A DNA stretch of 64,000 nucleotides, from positions 2,914,001 to 2,978,000 of the forward strand of contig JAWMAR010000134.1 in assembly GCA_036785375.1 (NCBI GenBank), in the 5' to 3' direction. A program made the translations under genes and the position numbers. Positions 13,601 through 25,600 of this stretch are shown piece by piece (positions within the stretch are counted from its first letter, which is position 1; each line of letters begins with the position of its first letter). A model generated the notes under the pieces. It worked only from the letters and a program-made list of their open reading frames with translations. It did no database searches and was not told the DNA's origin. The stretch comes from Leucoraja ocellata. Its lineage: Eukaryota.

Positions 13601-16600
13601 ACGAAGCACCCAAAGAAAACCCCCACTGTCACAGGGAGAATGTACAAACTCCATTCAGAAACACCCATAGTCAGGATCGAACCTGGGTCCTTGGTGCTGT
13701 AAGGCAGCAACTCTACTGGCTGCACCATTGGATGAACAATGAACAAGGGAGGACCTGGCGTGGGAGGGGGGGAAGAACCATGCAGGACCCAGAGTGGGGG
13801 GGGGGCAGAATAAAGGAGCCAGTGGAGGGGCATTTTGTAACTTTGTCAGTACCATATGTGGCGACTCTTTGTATGCCTTGGGTATGCAAGCAAAGAATGT
13901 CACTGTGCTTGTCACATATGACAATAAATTATTCCATTTCATCGTGCAGAAAGCTATCTGAATTGCCCCGCCCAAAAAGGTATGGAAATGAATCCAGCTG
14001 CAGCTTTCAGATAAGAATTGGGTAAACAGTTGAAAGGGGAAAAAAATACAGTGTGAGGGAAATGAGCGAGTTTGTGAGACATATTGGCTGCTCTTTTAAA
14101 GCACGGGTGCAGCATGAAGGGCTAAAGTGCCTGCATTGTATGATTTGTCCAAACCATACAGTCACCGTTGTTCAGGGTAAAGATCACTAACAATCTCACT
14201 AGACTGTCGTTCTTTGACAGTCAAACCCTCTGTATGGAGTTACTGTTTATACAGGGTAAGGGTTATTCAATGTAACTTAGAGTCAACAGTTTATTCAGGG
14301 TAACGGCTATATGTTCCCTCAGGGTAGGGGTTGTCCATTGTCTCTAGGCACATGGTTTAAACAAATGATTCTTGGCCTGCATACAGAATGGAATCGCTGT
14401 TAATTTAGGGTGCGGGTTATTCACCGTGCAGCGGGGAAGTGTTGCTAATGTTTCAGTTGTTTGGAAAGGTAACTCTTGTGTGTCTGTATCCTTTCATGGT
14501 AACGTATGAATAAATCTTCAGTCAAGCCAGATGAGCTCCTGTGTCAGCTTGTGTCTGAACAAATAGTTTGGACTTTACATCACCTTCTATCTACGCAGAA
14601 TGCATGCAGCAGACTGGTACACTCGCTGTGTCTCTCTCACTCCCATTCGTTGGTAGTCAGTGCTTGCCACACTCGTAGTGGAGTGTGAGGAGGGATTAGT
14701 TAGGAATGCAGCGAGTTGGAAGTTTGTGGCTGATCTGATCTGGATAAGGGCTGTGCATTGGAACTTTAGGGGGGGGGGTTTAAGCATGAGTGGAATCTCT
14801 GACAGCAGTGCTCCTTTCTGTGACAGCTGTGGGCTCACTGGGATCCCTGCCAACCCCGGGTACGGTGTTGGAGGAAATCCTTCTGAATTCTGCATTGAGA
14901 GGCGGAGGAAACACTAGCTCTGAAATCTTTAGGATCTGCTGCCTGGTTACACTGGAGCGTTGCTGAAAATATCACTGGCTGTGGCCCCAGCCAGCAATTC
15001 CCAGATGAGTGAGAGTGATCTCTGCAACAGCTGGGAAGTTGTGGCTCACAGGGAGAGAATTACTCATGGTGGGGGCTGGTTCCAGCACTTGTTTTGATCA
15101 AGCCTTGGACAATCACTGACCAGAGAGTTCCTTTTTGATTTCCTTCAATGCAGTCATTTTCCTGTGAATAATACACGACTATTGAGAGCCACAAGGATCT
15201 GAATAATTTGGCTGCTCGGCCATTTCTTAAGATCAAGGCTGATCCTTTCCCTTGGTGCTACTTTCCTGTACTCGCCCAAAAAGCTTGAATTACCTTAAGT
15301 TCTAAAAATATTGATCTCTGCCTTGAATATGTTGACCTTCCACAGTCCTCTTGCAGAGAATTCCAAAGATTTACTCGACCTCCTGGGAGGTAACATTTCT
15401 TGTCTGTCCTGAACAGATGATCCTTTATTCTGACAAAGACCACTGCTTCCAGACACTCCATCGCTGTTGTTAAACCATGTGAGAATTTTATGGGTCGCGT
15501 GTCATTCTTCCAAGCTTGAGTACAGAGCCCGTCTACTTCATCCTGCTTTGCATAACAAACCCACCAAACCACGCCATTAGCCAACTTTATTGCTTGTTGT
15601 TCCTACATATTAATTTTCAGTAATTCCTGTCAGATCTTTTGGGCTTTCTTGCCATTTGGGGAAAAAAACCCACTTCCTTTTTTTTTTTTAGCAACCAAAC
15701 TGAATCTTTTTCCCCACGTTTCCTTCGCCATGTCCTTATCTTTTCATATCCTCTGAAAGCCTGATGACACACACTGCTACCAAACTTTCTATTGTTAGTA
15801 AACTTGGATTTGTATTTGATTTTGCCTCATTGTGGATTCAACTGAGCAACGACACCGATTCCTGCAGCATTACCAAGCAATCAATTGATTCTGTTTTTTC
15901 TGCCCATTCACCAATCCTTGATGCATCCCAGTATGTTCTCCTCAATAGTGTTAACTTTTAATAAAAGCCTTCTGAAAGTCTAAATACACAGCATCAACTG
16001 GTTTCTCTTTGTCTCCTCTGCTATTTAAGTTCTCAAAATGCACTCTGAAAGATTTGACAAAACTGAATTCCCTTTCATAAATCCATGTTGACTCTGTTCA
16101 ATCCTGTTAATATTTTCTACGTGTCTTCTATATATACACTACTGTTCTCTTAATGTTAGGCACTCACTAATACAATTTAAAATACTGCATAAACTCTATT
16201 ATTCAAAGTCTAAATTGAATAAGATCTTCCCAAATGTCTCTCCTTTTTGTGATAAATGTCTCCTCCAAGAAGCAACCATAACCCATTATTTTGCAAGCTA
16301 GTCACTCTTTTTGCAGATCTTTCCGAATGCTTTCCTTGAGGTCCTATTTTATTTGACTGTCAGCCCTTTTGTAAGTTCCCTTCTGTCTCTCCCTGCCTTG
16401 TGTCTCTGCCTCATGAAGGATTATTATTGTCATGCTGACTGTTGGGTTCTAACCCAAGGCCTGGTTTGTAATTCGCAGATAGTAAGGCTATTGTGGATGG
16501 GAACCTGAAGCTTATCTTGGGACTGATCTGGACCCTTATCCTCCATTACTCCATCTCCATGCCTATGTGGGAGGATGAGGATGAAGAAGACATTAAGAAG

Positions 16601-19600
16601 CAGACTCCCAAGCAGAGATTGTTGGGATGGATCCAGAACAAGATCCCACAGCTGCCTATCACCAACTTTCACCGGGATTGGCAGGACGGCAAGGCACTGG
16701 GTGCATTGGTGGACAACTGTGCACCAGGTAAGAGCTCGGCAGTGAGGGAGAGTGCAGTGGGATAAATGAGAGGGGAAGGAGAAGGATTGGGTTTAAACCT
16801 GAGTGAATTGCTGCAAGGTTTATTTTGAGTGGAGGGATGGTTGTATTACATGTTTGAGGTAGCTGCCAAAATTGACAGTATCAATAGGGCCATGGGGTTA
16901 TCACAGGGGTCACTATTTCCAGAATGAACCAGTTGATGAAGGTATCCCTCACCGTCTGTGTGACGGTAGTGGTGCTGGGATCGTAGTGCTGGTTGGGGAG
17001 AGGGGCACACCAAGACTTTACAAAGCACAGGGGTGGATTTGAAAATGCTGAATTGGCAATGTTGGAAATGCTTAACAGAGCTGTATACAATTAAAGCTAA
17101 ACAGAACCAGATGTGAGCAGGGCTGGCACAGTCTCAGATCCTGCTATATGATTAGGCATGAACAGGAGCATGGGCGCTGATTTAGCGTGCACTCTGTAGT
17201 TGGGGCGATTGCTGATCAATGAATCTACAAGTGATCGACTTCAATAAAAGCTCACTGTTATAACTGCAGCTTCCAAGTTTCTGGTCCAAAGTTGTTCTGC
17301 ATTAGAGATCCCGAGCAATTATAAAGCTAAGCCGAGCAAATGCTTTTGTAGAGTTTTTTTGTATGCGTGTGTTTTCTCCCTGCCTGATGCAGGGAATCCA
17401 TACTTCATTGTCCCTTTGTTTGAAAGGTGTTCATTACGCCCACAGGTCTGTGCCCTGACTGGCAGGAATGGGACCCAAATCAACCCGTGGGGAATGCCCG
17501 TGAGGCCATGCAACAAGCTGATGATTGGCTGGGGGTTCCTCAGGTGAGTGTCTACATTGCCATCCCCCATCATTTGCACAGAAACAACAGAATCTGGTGA
17601 AATAATGTCCTTGGAATCTCTTCCTCTTTTCTCAATCAACGCTAGGCTCCACTGTGCACGAACTCTTGGGATCCCGACCTCGCTGATGCTTACTCAGATC
17701 CTCACATTTATCCTCGTCCTTGCTTATCCATGTGTGTCTGTTACATTTAACCCTCTCCCAGCGCTCACCCCTGACCTCCTTTGTCCACTCTGCAGGTGAT
17801 TGCCCCCGAGGAGATTGTGGACCCCAACGTAGATGAGCACTCGGTGATGACCTACCTCTCCCAGTTCCCAAAGGCCAAGCTCAAGCCTGGTGCTCCCCTC
17901 AGGACAAAACTCAACCCCAAGAAAGCTCGAGCTTACGGGCCAGGTAAGGACAATCCCTTCATGTGTTGCCCAAAACTTGGCCCACTGTCTATCCAGTACA
18001 TATGTTCCAGTACATATCATGTTTCCAAGGATAAGATGTGGTCTTAGTCTGAGAATACCCTCTTTAACCTAGAGTAAGGGATAATTTTCTGTCCGCTGTC
18101 TGTTCTATCAGCTGGGTTAAGGAGCAGCTGATGATGATGATGGTTCTGTTGAAGCTCTTTGACCTGGGGTAATGCTTACTGGTGTGTCAGCTTGACCATG
18201 GCCTTAAACCTGGTTTGAGGGATGATGAGTCATCCAGTCTGAAGAAGGGTCACGACTTGAAACGTCACCCACCCTTTTTCTCCAGAGATGCTGCCTGACC
18301 TGCTGAGTTACTCCAACACTTTGTGAATATCTTGAGGGATGATGATGTCCTTTGACCTGGTAGCAAAGCTATTGTGATATATTTAAATGTCTCTTGTGTT
18401 TGCTTCTAGGTATCGAGCCACAGGGTAATGTAGTCCTAAAGCCAGCAGAGTTCACTGTTGAGACGATCAATGCTGGTCTTGGAGAGGTCCTGGTATTTGT
18501 GGAGGATCCTGAAGGCCACACTGAAGAGGTACTGAGTGTGTGGTAATGGGCCATGCATTCTTTGTTATTAGTTCCAGCATGTAAATATTGTTTAGAAGAT
18601 CATCATTTAATGCTCATCTCTACTCGTGGCACACTTATTATTGCTACATGTACCAAGGTAGAGAAATCCAAGGAATCCAATCCAAGAAAGTGGTGTCCAG
18701 GCAAATCATACCATACACGAGTACATCAGGTAGTGAAAAAGGGCCGAATACAGTGTGGTAGCTACATAGAAAGTACAGGGGTTGCAATGATGTGGATTGG
18801 AAAGTCTGGCATTTATCCCGAGCACATGGGAGGCCCATTCACATAGCCCTCCCATGTGACCACAGTGGGGAAGATGCTGTTCATGAATTTGCATTTATAA
18901 CTCTCTGCAATTTCTTCTGGGCTTGGCAAATCAGTTGTCATAATCCCAATACGATATTTTCTATGGCGTCTTTGTAGAAATTGATGAGGCATTCGGAGGT
19001 TGCTGAATTTCTTTATTTTTCTGAGTAAGTCGAGGTTTTGGTGTGCATTCCTATCCATACCATTCATGTGGTTGGACTAGGATAGATTGCTGGTGATATT
19101 TACATCTAGAACCTGGAGCTAACCCAAGCTATCTCTACTTGAGCACCATTGATTCAGACTGGTGTGTTCCAGAGGGAGCAAGCATCATTGGGTTATGAAT
19201 TATAATGTATGCACTTCTAGTGTGAGCTGAATTTTCTGCTGCCTGTTTTGTCCAATGGGCTGGTGTGGGAGTAACCAGTTGCAGTATAGAGTGATTATTT
19301 TGTTTTCTTTGTATAGGCACGTGTGACTGCAAACAATGACAAGAACCGCACATACTCTGTTTCCTACATACCCAAAGTTGCTGGCCTTCACAAGGTAAGT
19401 CTTTGATCATTCCAAATACTTCAGTTCAGTCAGAATGAGCTATGGCTTCATCTTCACAGGTCCCATCATTTTGTACTGTGTGTAAAATGCACCATTCGTT
19501 GGTTTGCTTGTGCATTGACCCGTAGATCTGGTATTCCTTCCATGTTTTCATTACCAAATGGGACTGTGTGGGAACGACATGTCAGAAGCTATTCGATGAA

Positions 19601-22600
19601 ATGAGCACTGCAATTGGCCCTCGCCCTTTGTCATGGGTTCCTAAGGAAATGGTTCTGTTGCTCGAATGGTTGATCTGCATTCAATGCTGCTCCCTGTTCT
19701 TAGATTATAACTGGGGATGGGGAAACTATCAATCTTGTCTTTGAAGATCTATTTTGCACCCAGAATCCAAATGTTTTTGTTTTGGAGTTTGCTGGGAGGG
19801 TTTGCAGGTTTGTTTCCACATTTCCTCTTCCCACCAAATTGGAGGAAATAGTTTCCCAATACCTCGCTGACTTCCTGAATTATCACAAGCTCTATCAAAT
19901 TGTCAGATAATCTTCCAGACTTGACAACACAACCACTCAAGTCTGATTGCATTCACTGATTTGTGCACTGCATGAAAATGGTGCACATGGCTATGTGGAG
20001 AATTTGAGGGGTTTTGGGGGGAGATTGGAGCCACTGGTATACAGCAGTCAATTTTTTTTTCTTCTTTAATACTGTTACCTTTGTGCTTGCTTCCAGGTAA
20101 CAGTTTTATTTGCTGGACAGCAAATTGACAAAAGCCCTTTCAAAGTCCAGATTGGTATGGCTCTGGGTGATGCCAACAAGGTGACTGCTCAAGGTCCTGG
20201 TCTGGAGCTGAATGGGAATGTGGCCAACAAGCCAACGTACTTTGACATTTACACGGCAGGTGAGGAACAAAGTGATGTGTGGATCTCCACTGGAAATCGT
20301 GGTGAGGTGGGAGGAAAGAGAGGTCTGTAGCTTAGGAGAGATGGGGTGGCAATCTTTGGAATTTCTCAGACAACATTTGAAGTTTTTATTCAGAATGAAG
20401 ACAGTCAATTAAATGACATCTGAAAGTAAATTTAAAACCAACTTTTTAGAATAAATGCAAAGTGATGTTGCAAACAAAGAGACCTCTGGCCCAGTTCTTG
20501 GATCTGTACTTCTCTTCTAAAGCCTCCCTTAATTCTGCAGAGATCTGTACTGCTTCACCAGGGTGTTGTGTTCTTGTGTTTAGTATGGAGGCTGGAGAGG
20601 GGTTGTGTTGAATGACCAGATGTATCTAGGCAACCTCCACTGATTGCATTGCATTTTAATGTTGACTTGGAGTGAAGGATAAATTCCTTTCTCTGTAGGG
20701 ATGCCAGTGTGCTGTTGCTGTCACTGTACTGATGACGGCTCCTTTTTTCCCCCCCTCAGGTGCTGGGTCAGGAGATGTTGGAGTGGTCATTGTTGATCCC
20801 CAGGGACGGAGGGATACGGTGGAGGTGATTCTGGAGGATAAAGGAGACAATGTTCTCCGCTGTACATACAGACCTCTGCTTGAAGGTCCTCACACCGTCC
20901 ATGTTACTTTTGCTGGAACACCAATACCCAAAAGCCCCTTCACTGTGAACATCTCTGAAGGTATGGTCCAAACACTACATGGGCTCTTTGTGTAAGAAAC
21001 CTTTGCCTTTCTTTCATCCCCTATCTCCCCAAGAGACGAGCAAGCAAAGGGTGACAGGGGTAAGAAACCAAAGAAGAGGTTAAGAGATGGGGATGGTTTG
21101 AAGGTAACATAATGCAGGGAGAGTGAAGGAATGTGAATGTTTGGGAACAGAGGGGAGTGAGAATGATGCTCTGAGGTGAGGCAGGGAGAGTGAGTTTTTG
21201 TTGGAGGGGGTTTGTATCCTGGGCATGATAGAGTTTATGAATTGTAGGATTTGTGAAAGTAGCGAGAAATCGGGAGCGCAGGTGGGCTGTGAGGGAGGAT
21301 GGGAGCAATTGAAGGCTGACGTTTTGAAAACTGTGACATTGGATTTGATCCTTGTATTAATGTCAGAAATACCATTAATTGTGTATTTATTATTTCTCTT
21401 TTGCGAAAAGATCATCTTTTGAATGGATCGTGTGGGTCTACGCAACAACTCTCACAAGCTGTCTGTGTATGCACTTGTGTGTTAAAAAAACCAAAAAAAA
21501 CCCAACCCAAAACCTTCATTTCTAAAGCCCCCTTCATAACCCTGAGGTGCTCAAATGTTTTGCAACAAGTGAAGTCACTATTTCAAAAAGAGTCACGGTC
21601 GCCAATTGTGCACAGCATAACTAATATCTTTCATATACAAAGCTGAGGGAGTTAAAATATCAACCAGAATACCTGATGAGAGCGCTGGTTTTCTAACAGT
21701 GCTGTCAAACATTTTATTTTCTTGGGAATTAGGGTGATTTCTAGTGTGGAGCCTGAAGTTATTATATGACTAGGAATAGGCAGTGTTGTTGTCCTGGGCG
21801 ATGACGCTTCAGTTCAATAATTTAATTGAAATGTTCCATTGGTGATCTGATCCTGTGGTATCAGTTTTGTTTCTATGGTTAGACCCTAATTGCATGATTC
21901 TTCAGCACTGTTACCAAGCCAAATTATTTAAGATATAGTTCAAGTGTTCAAGTGAGTTTATTGTCATGTGTCCCTGATAAGACAATGAAATTCTTGCTTT
22001 GCTTCAGCACACAGAACATAGTAGGCATTTACTACAAAACAGATCAGTGTGTCCATATACCATAATATAAATATATACACAAATATATTCTGGGGAGGAA
22101 TTTTGTTTTGTTATCCATACAGATTCAGTTTAAGGTGTTAATTTCCTAGTCATGTCAACATTCGTTAAATGATTGCGGAGGTGGTGGGGCTGTAGTTAAT
22201 TAATTACTTGTGCCTGGCTGGAGATTTGGCTAAACAGACGTGAAAATGCTGCCTGCTTCCCTGTCAATTGACTAGTTTTATTTCCAGACATTACCTATTA
22301 AGCACTTGGCATTTGGGCAAGGTTGAGGACTGCAGAATGAGAGAGCATTTGTTTTTATTCTCTAAGAGTTGACCAGTTAACTTGGACTGTTGTCTTGTCC
22401 GATGAAGCCTGCCAAGAACAGCCAACAAATTACTTTAGTGATGAACAGATGCATCTCATTGGGAAGCTGTTATCAATTTACTCGTGTATATTGAGGAAAA
22501 TAAAACCACCTTTGTTTTGTGGAATAACTTGTCTTCATTGTGGGTTTTGGAAAGATAGAAGAATCTGACAATCTGGTCTGAGTGGTTGATCTTACTTTCT

Positions 22601-25600
22601 CTGGCTCTCATTTTTAAATCAAACCTTTGCAGATGCTCCCCTGGTTGTTGGGGGACACAAGATTAACAAAACGTGATGGGCCTGAAAGTTAGAAATGGCT
22701 AGTGCGTAGTTGTTGAATTAGCACGCGAATGGTTGTTTAATAAGGAAAGTTGGGTTTGGGCTGTTTCGCATGGGACAATAGTGAAGCTGCAAGAATGCTT
22801 GGACCATGGTTGCCTGGAGCTGGGTCCACTGTGTTGGTGGACATTTGGAGGTTGAGGCCATGGTGGTGATTTGAGAGCCAGGGCTGTGAAGGTGTTGCAG
22901 TAAAACTGAGATTGGGTGGGGTTTGGGCCACTGAGAATGGGACTGTCAGCTTGGAGGGAGCTCTGTGTTGCCACATCCCACTGTACTGCAGGAACGAGCC
23001 TGGATTTTGCCATTCACACCTTTTTACCTCCTTCTCTTCCTCATGATGCTCTTCCTCTGTGCTCGGACTGACCTCAGGAACCCCCCCTCTGGCCCAGGCT
23101 GCTGCACCAGTTCCAAGTATGATCGTTCCTCAGTCCATCCGCACCCCGCCGGCAGACAAGGCGAAGAAAGCGCCGCCCCCTCCTCCCAAACCCAAACGAG
23201 CACGTTAGTATTGGCCTGAACTGAGGGGCTGCCTCTGCTTGTGTCTGTACAAAGGGACGCTGGTTGGGCTTGTCTGTATGAGTGGTCATGATATCTGTAA
23301 ACACCTTGTCTGTCCAAGGGGCTGCTTGGGGGATGGTGGTTTTGCCTGCTCTGTGCATGAGGGTACTGGCTCCGAGGCCAGTTCAGGCCCTGGATGTCAC
23401 TGGCTCCGAGTCAGTGCAAGTCCTCTGACGGAAGAGGGTGGTTAGTGCTGCCTGTTCCTGGTCGTTACTAACTTGGTCATCAGCTGCTGTGCTGTGGTTC
23501 TAGGTGGGCACTTTGGCTGCCGTGTTCTGCTGGAATGGCTCTGCTCCTGCCGGGCCTTGAGTGGAATGGGTTGTGGATTACTGGTTAACTTTGGGTATAC
23601 TTTTCCAAAATGTATTTTCCTCCCACTGTTTATGCTCTTTTAGTTTGATCGAGACGTGATTAAAATCTTGCTCGGTTCTGCATAGCTTTCCTTTTGCAGA
23701 CAGGTAGGTGCTTTGCCATCTGTACGTGGAGAGGTCAGGCCCCCCACCCCCCCCCCCTCTCTCTCTCCTGGTCCATTGATCATGAGTGGCAATCCTTGCT
23801 GACTAGTATTACCAGTGTTCTGGGTACTTGATATCCCTCTGAGATTAGTGCGTGTAGTCTGAGGGACAGTCTTGGAGTGGACACGGCTGGTTTATTCGCT
23901 TGCTGAGCCAGCAGGTGGTTTGATTCCTCCTGTATCTGGAATGCTGGTAGATGTGGTTACTGTGATGTGACTGTGGACTGTCAGCTCTGGGTGGGCATCC
24001 TGATGCATTTGATGGGTTGACATTAATCTGACCCGCGTATTTCTTCCAGCATGCAATCCCAATGCGTGTCGAGCCTCGGGGAGAGGCCTGCAGCCCAAAG
24101 GGGTACGAGTCAAGGAAGTGACCGACTTCAAAGTCTTCACCAAAGGAGCTGGCACGGGGGAACTGAAGGTTGTCATCAAAGGACCCAGTAAGTTGGCTTG
24201 TAGGGACTGTGCATCTTAGCAGGCTTTTTGGACATTGGAACTTCAGGGCCATTGTATTCTTTTGTGGTGGAGATGTGCCTATCCTGGCTGGCATGTGTTA
24301 TGGAAGAAGGTGGTTGGGGGATGAGGGTGTGTGGCAAGTGATGGAATAAGTGTTCCCTGTTTGAACTTTGGGTTGGTTCCAGTCTGCTGTGGACATTCTC
24401 TTTATTATGCTCCACACCTCCCCTGTGCATTTTGCATTTGTCCTTTGATTGTATGCCGAGTCACTGTCCTGGTGAATGATTTGCATTGCACCAGGGCTGA
24501 GGCAGAAGAATTGGGACACCTGTGGGCAATGCAGCAATTGGCCAAAGTCTGTCACTGGTCTCGTTTCTTTCTTTCCAGAAGGCACAGAGGAACCCGTGAA
24601 GGTTCGTGACATTGGCGAGGGTACCTATGAATGTGAATATCACCCGATGATTGGAGGCAAATATGTGGTGACCATCACCTGGGGCGGTTTTGCTATTCCA
24701 AGAAGGTGAGTCACACTTAACCAAACATGTGGTTAATTCAATTCGGACATCAAATGAACAGTGTTACATTTTTGCTTAACATCCACAGAAAGGCCTCTCC
24801 CCATCCCTGGCTCCATCTCTGTTTGTCTGTCTTCCTCTGGGACCCTGTCAATCTTTCAGTTTCAAAGTATTTGACACACAAATAAATGTTCGGCATAACA
24901 CTAGGCGAGATTCCATGTTTGTGCTTTCAGTGTAATTTCAGGAATCTTTTGTACCAATGCTAATTGAATATGCAGTATCAGGAGATGTTGTTTTGGGTGT
25001 GTGTTCACTGATCTATGTGTTGTCCTCCAGCCCCTTCGAGGTGCAGGTTGGACCTGAAGCTGGTGCCCAGAAGGTACGAGCCTGGGGACCCGGACTGGAG
25101 ACTGGCGTTGTGGGCAAGTCAGCAGATTTTGTAGTGGAGGCCATTGGGACTGAAGTTGGGACTTTAGGTAAGTGTTGTCGCTTCCTGAGATATTGGAGAG
25201 GCTTCCCTTTTAAGGTCAACACTGGTTTGAAACCAATGTATTTACTGCATTTCCTCCCTGTTCAATCCGCATTCAAATGAGTGCCATAATGAGACTTGGA
25301 AATACATCAGGATGAGTTTTCTGTGCCTTGCCTGTCTTGGCGTGCGTGTCGTGTTTGTGTGAATGTCTAACGGCTTGTGGCCTCTTATCTCTGAGAATGA
25401 TTGGTTGTATCTTTCTTTGTCCAGGTTTCTCCATTGAAGGTCCCTCGCAGGCCAAGATCGAGTGTGATGATAAAGGGGATGGGTCGTGTGATGTGAGATA
25501 CTGGCCCACTGAGCCTGGTGATTATGCAGTGCATGTGATTTGTGATGATGAAGATATTAAAGATAGCCCTTTCATGGCTCACATCCTGCCGGCAAACAAT

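Noticed and set aside
24576-24581. NAGNAG acceptors (cag aag) at exon 10 and exon 20 (32380-32385)
   Set aside because: The proximal CAG gives the conserved protein; distal AAG use cannot be supported from sequence alone.
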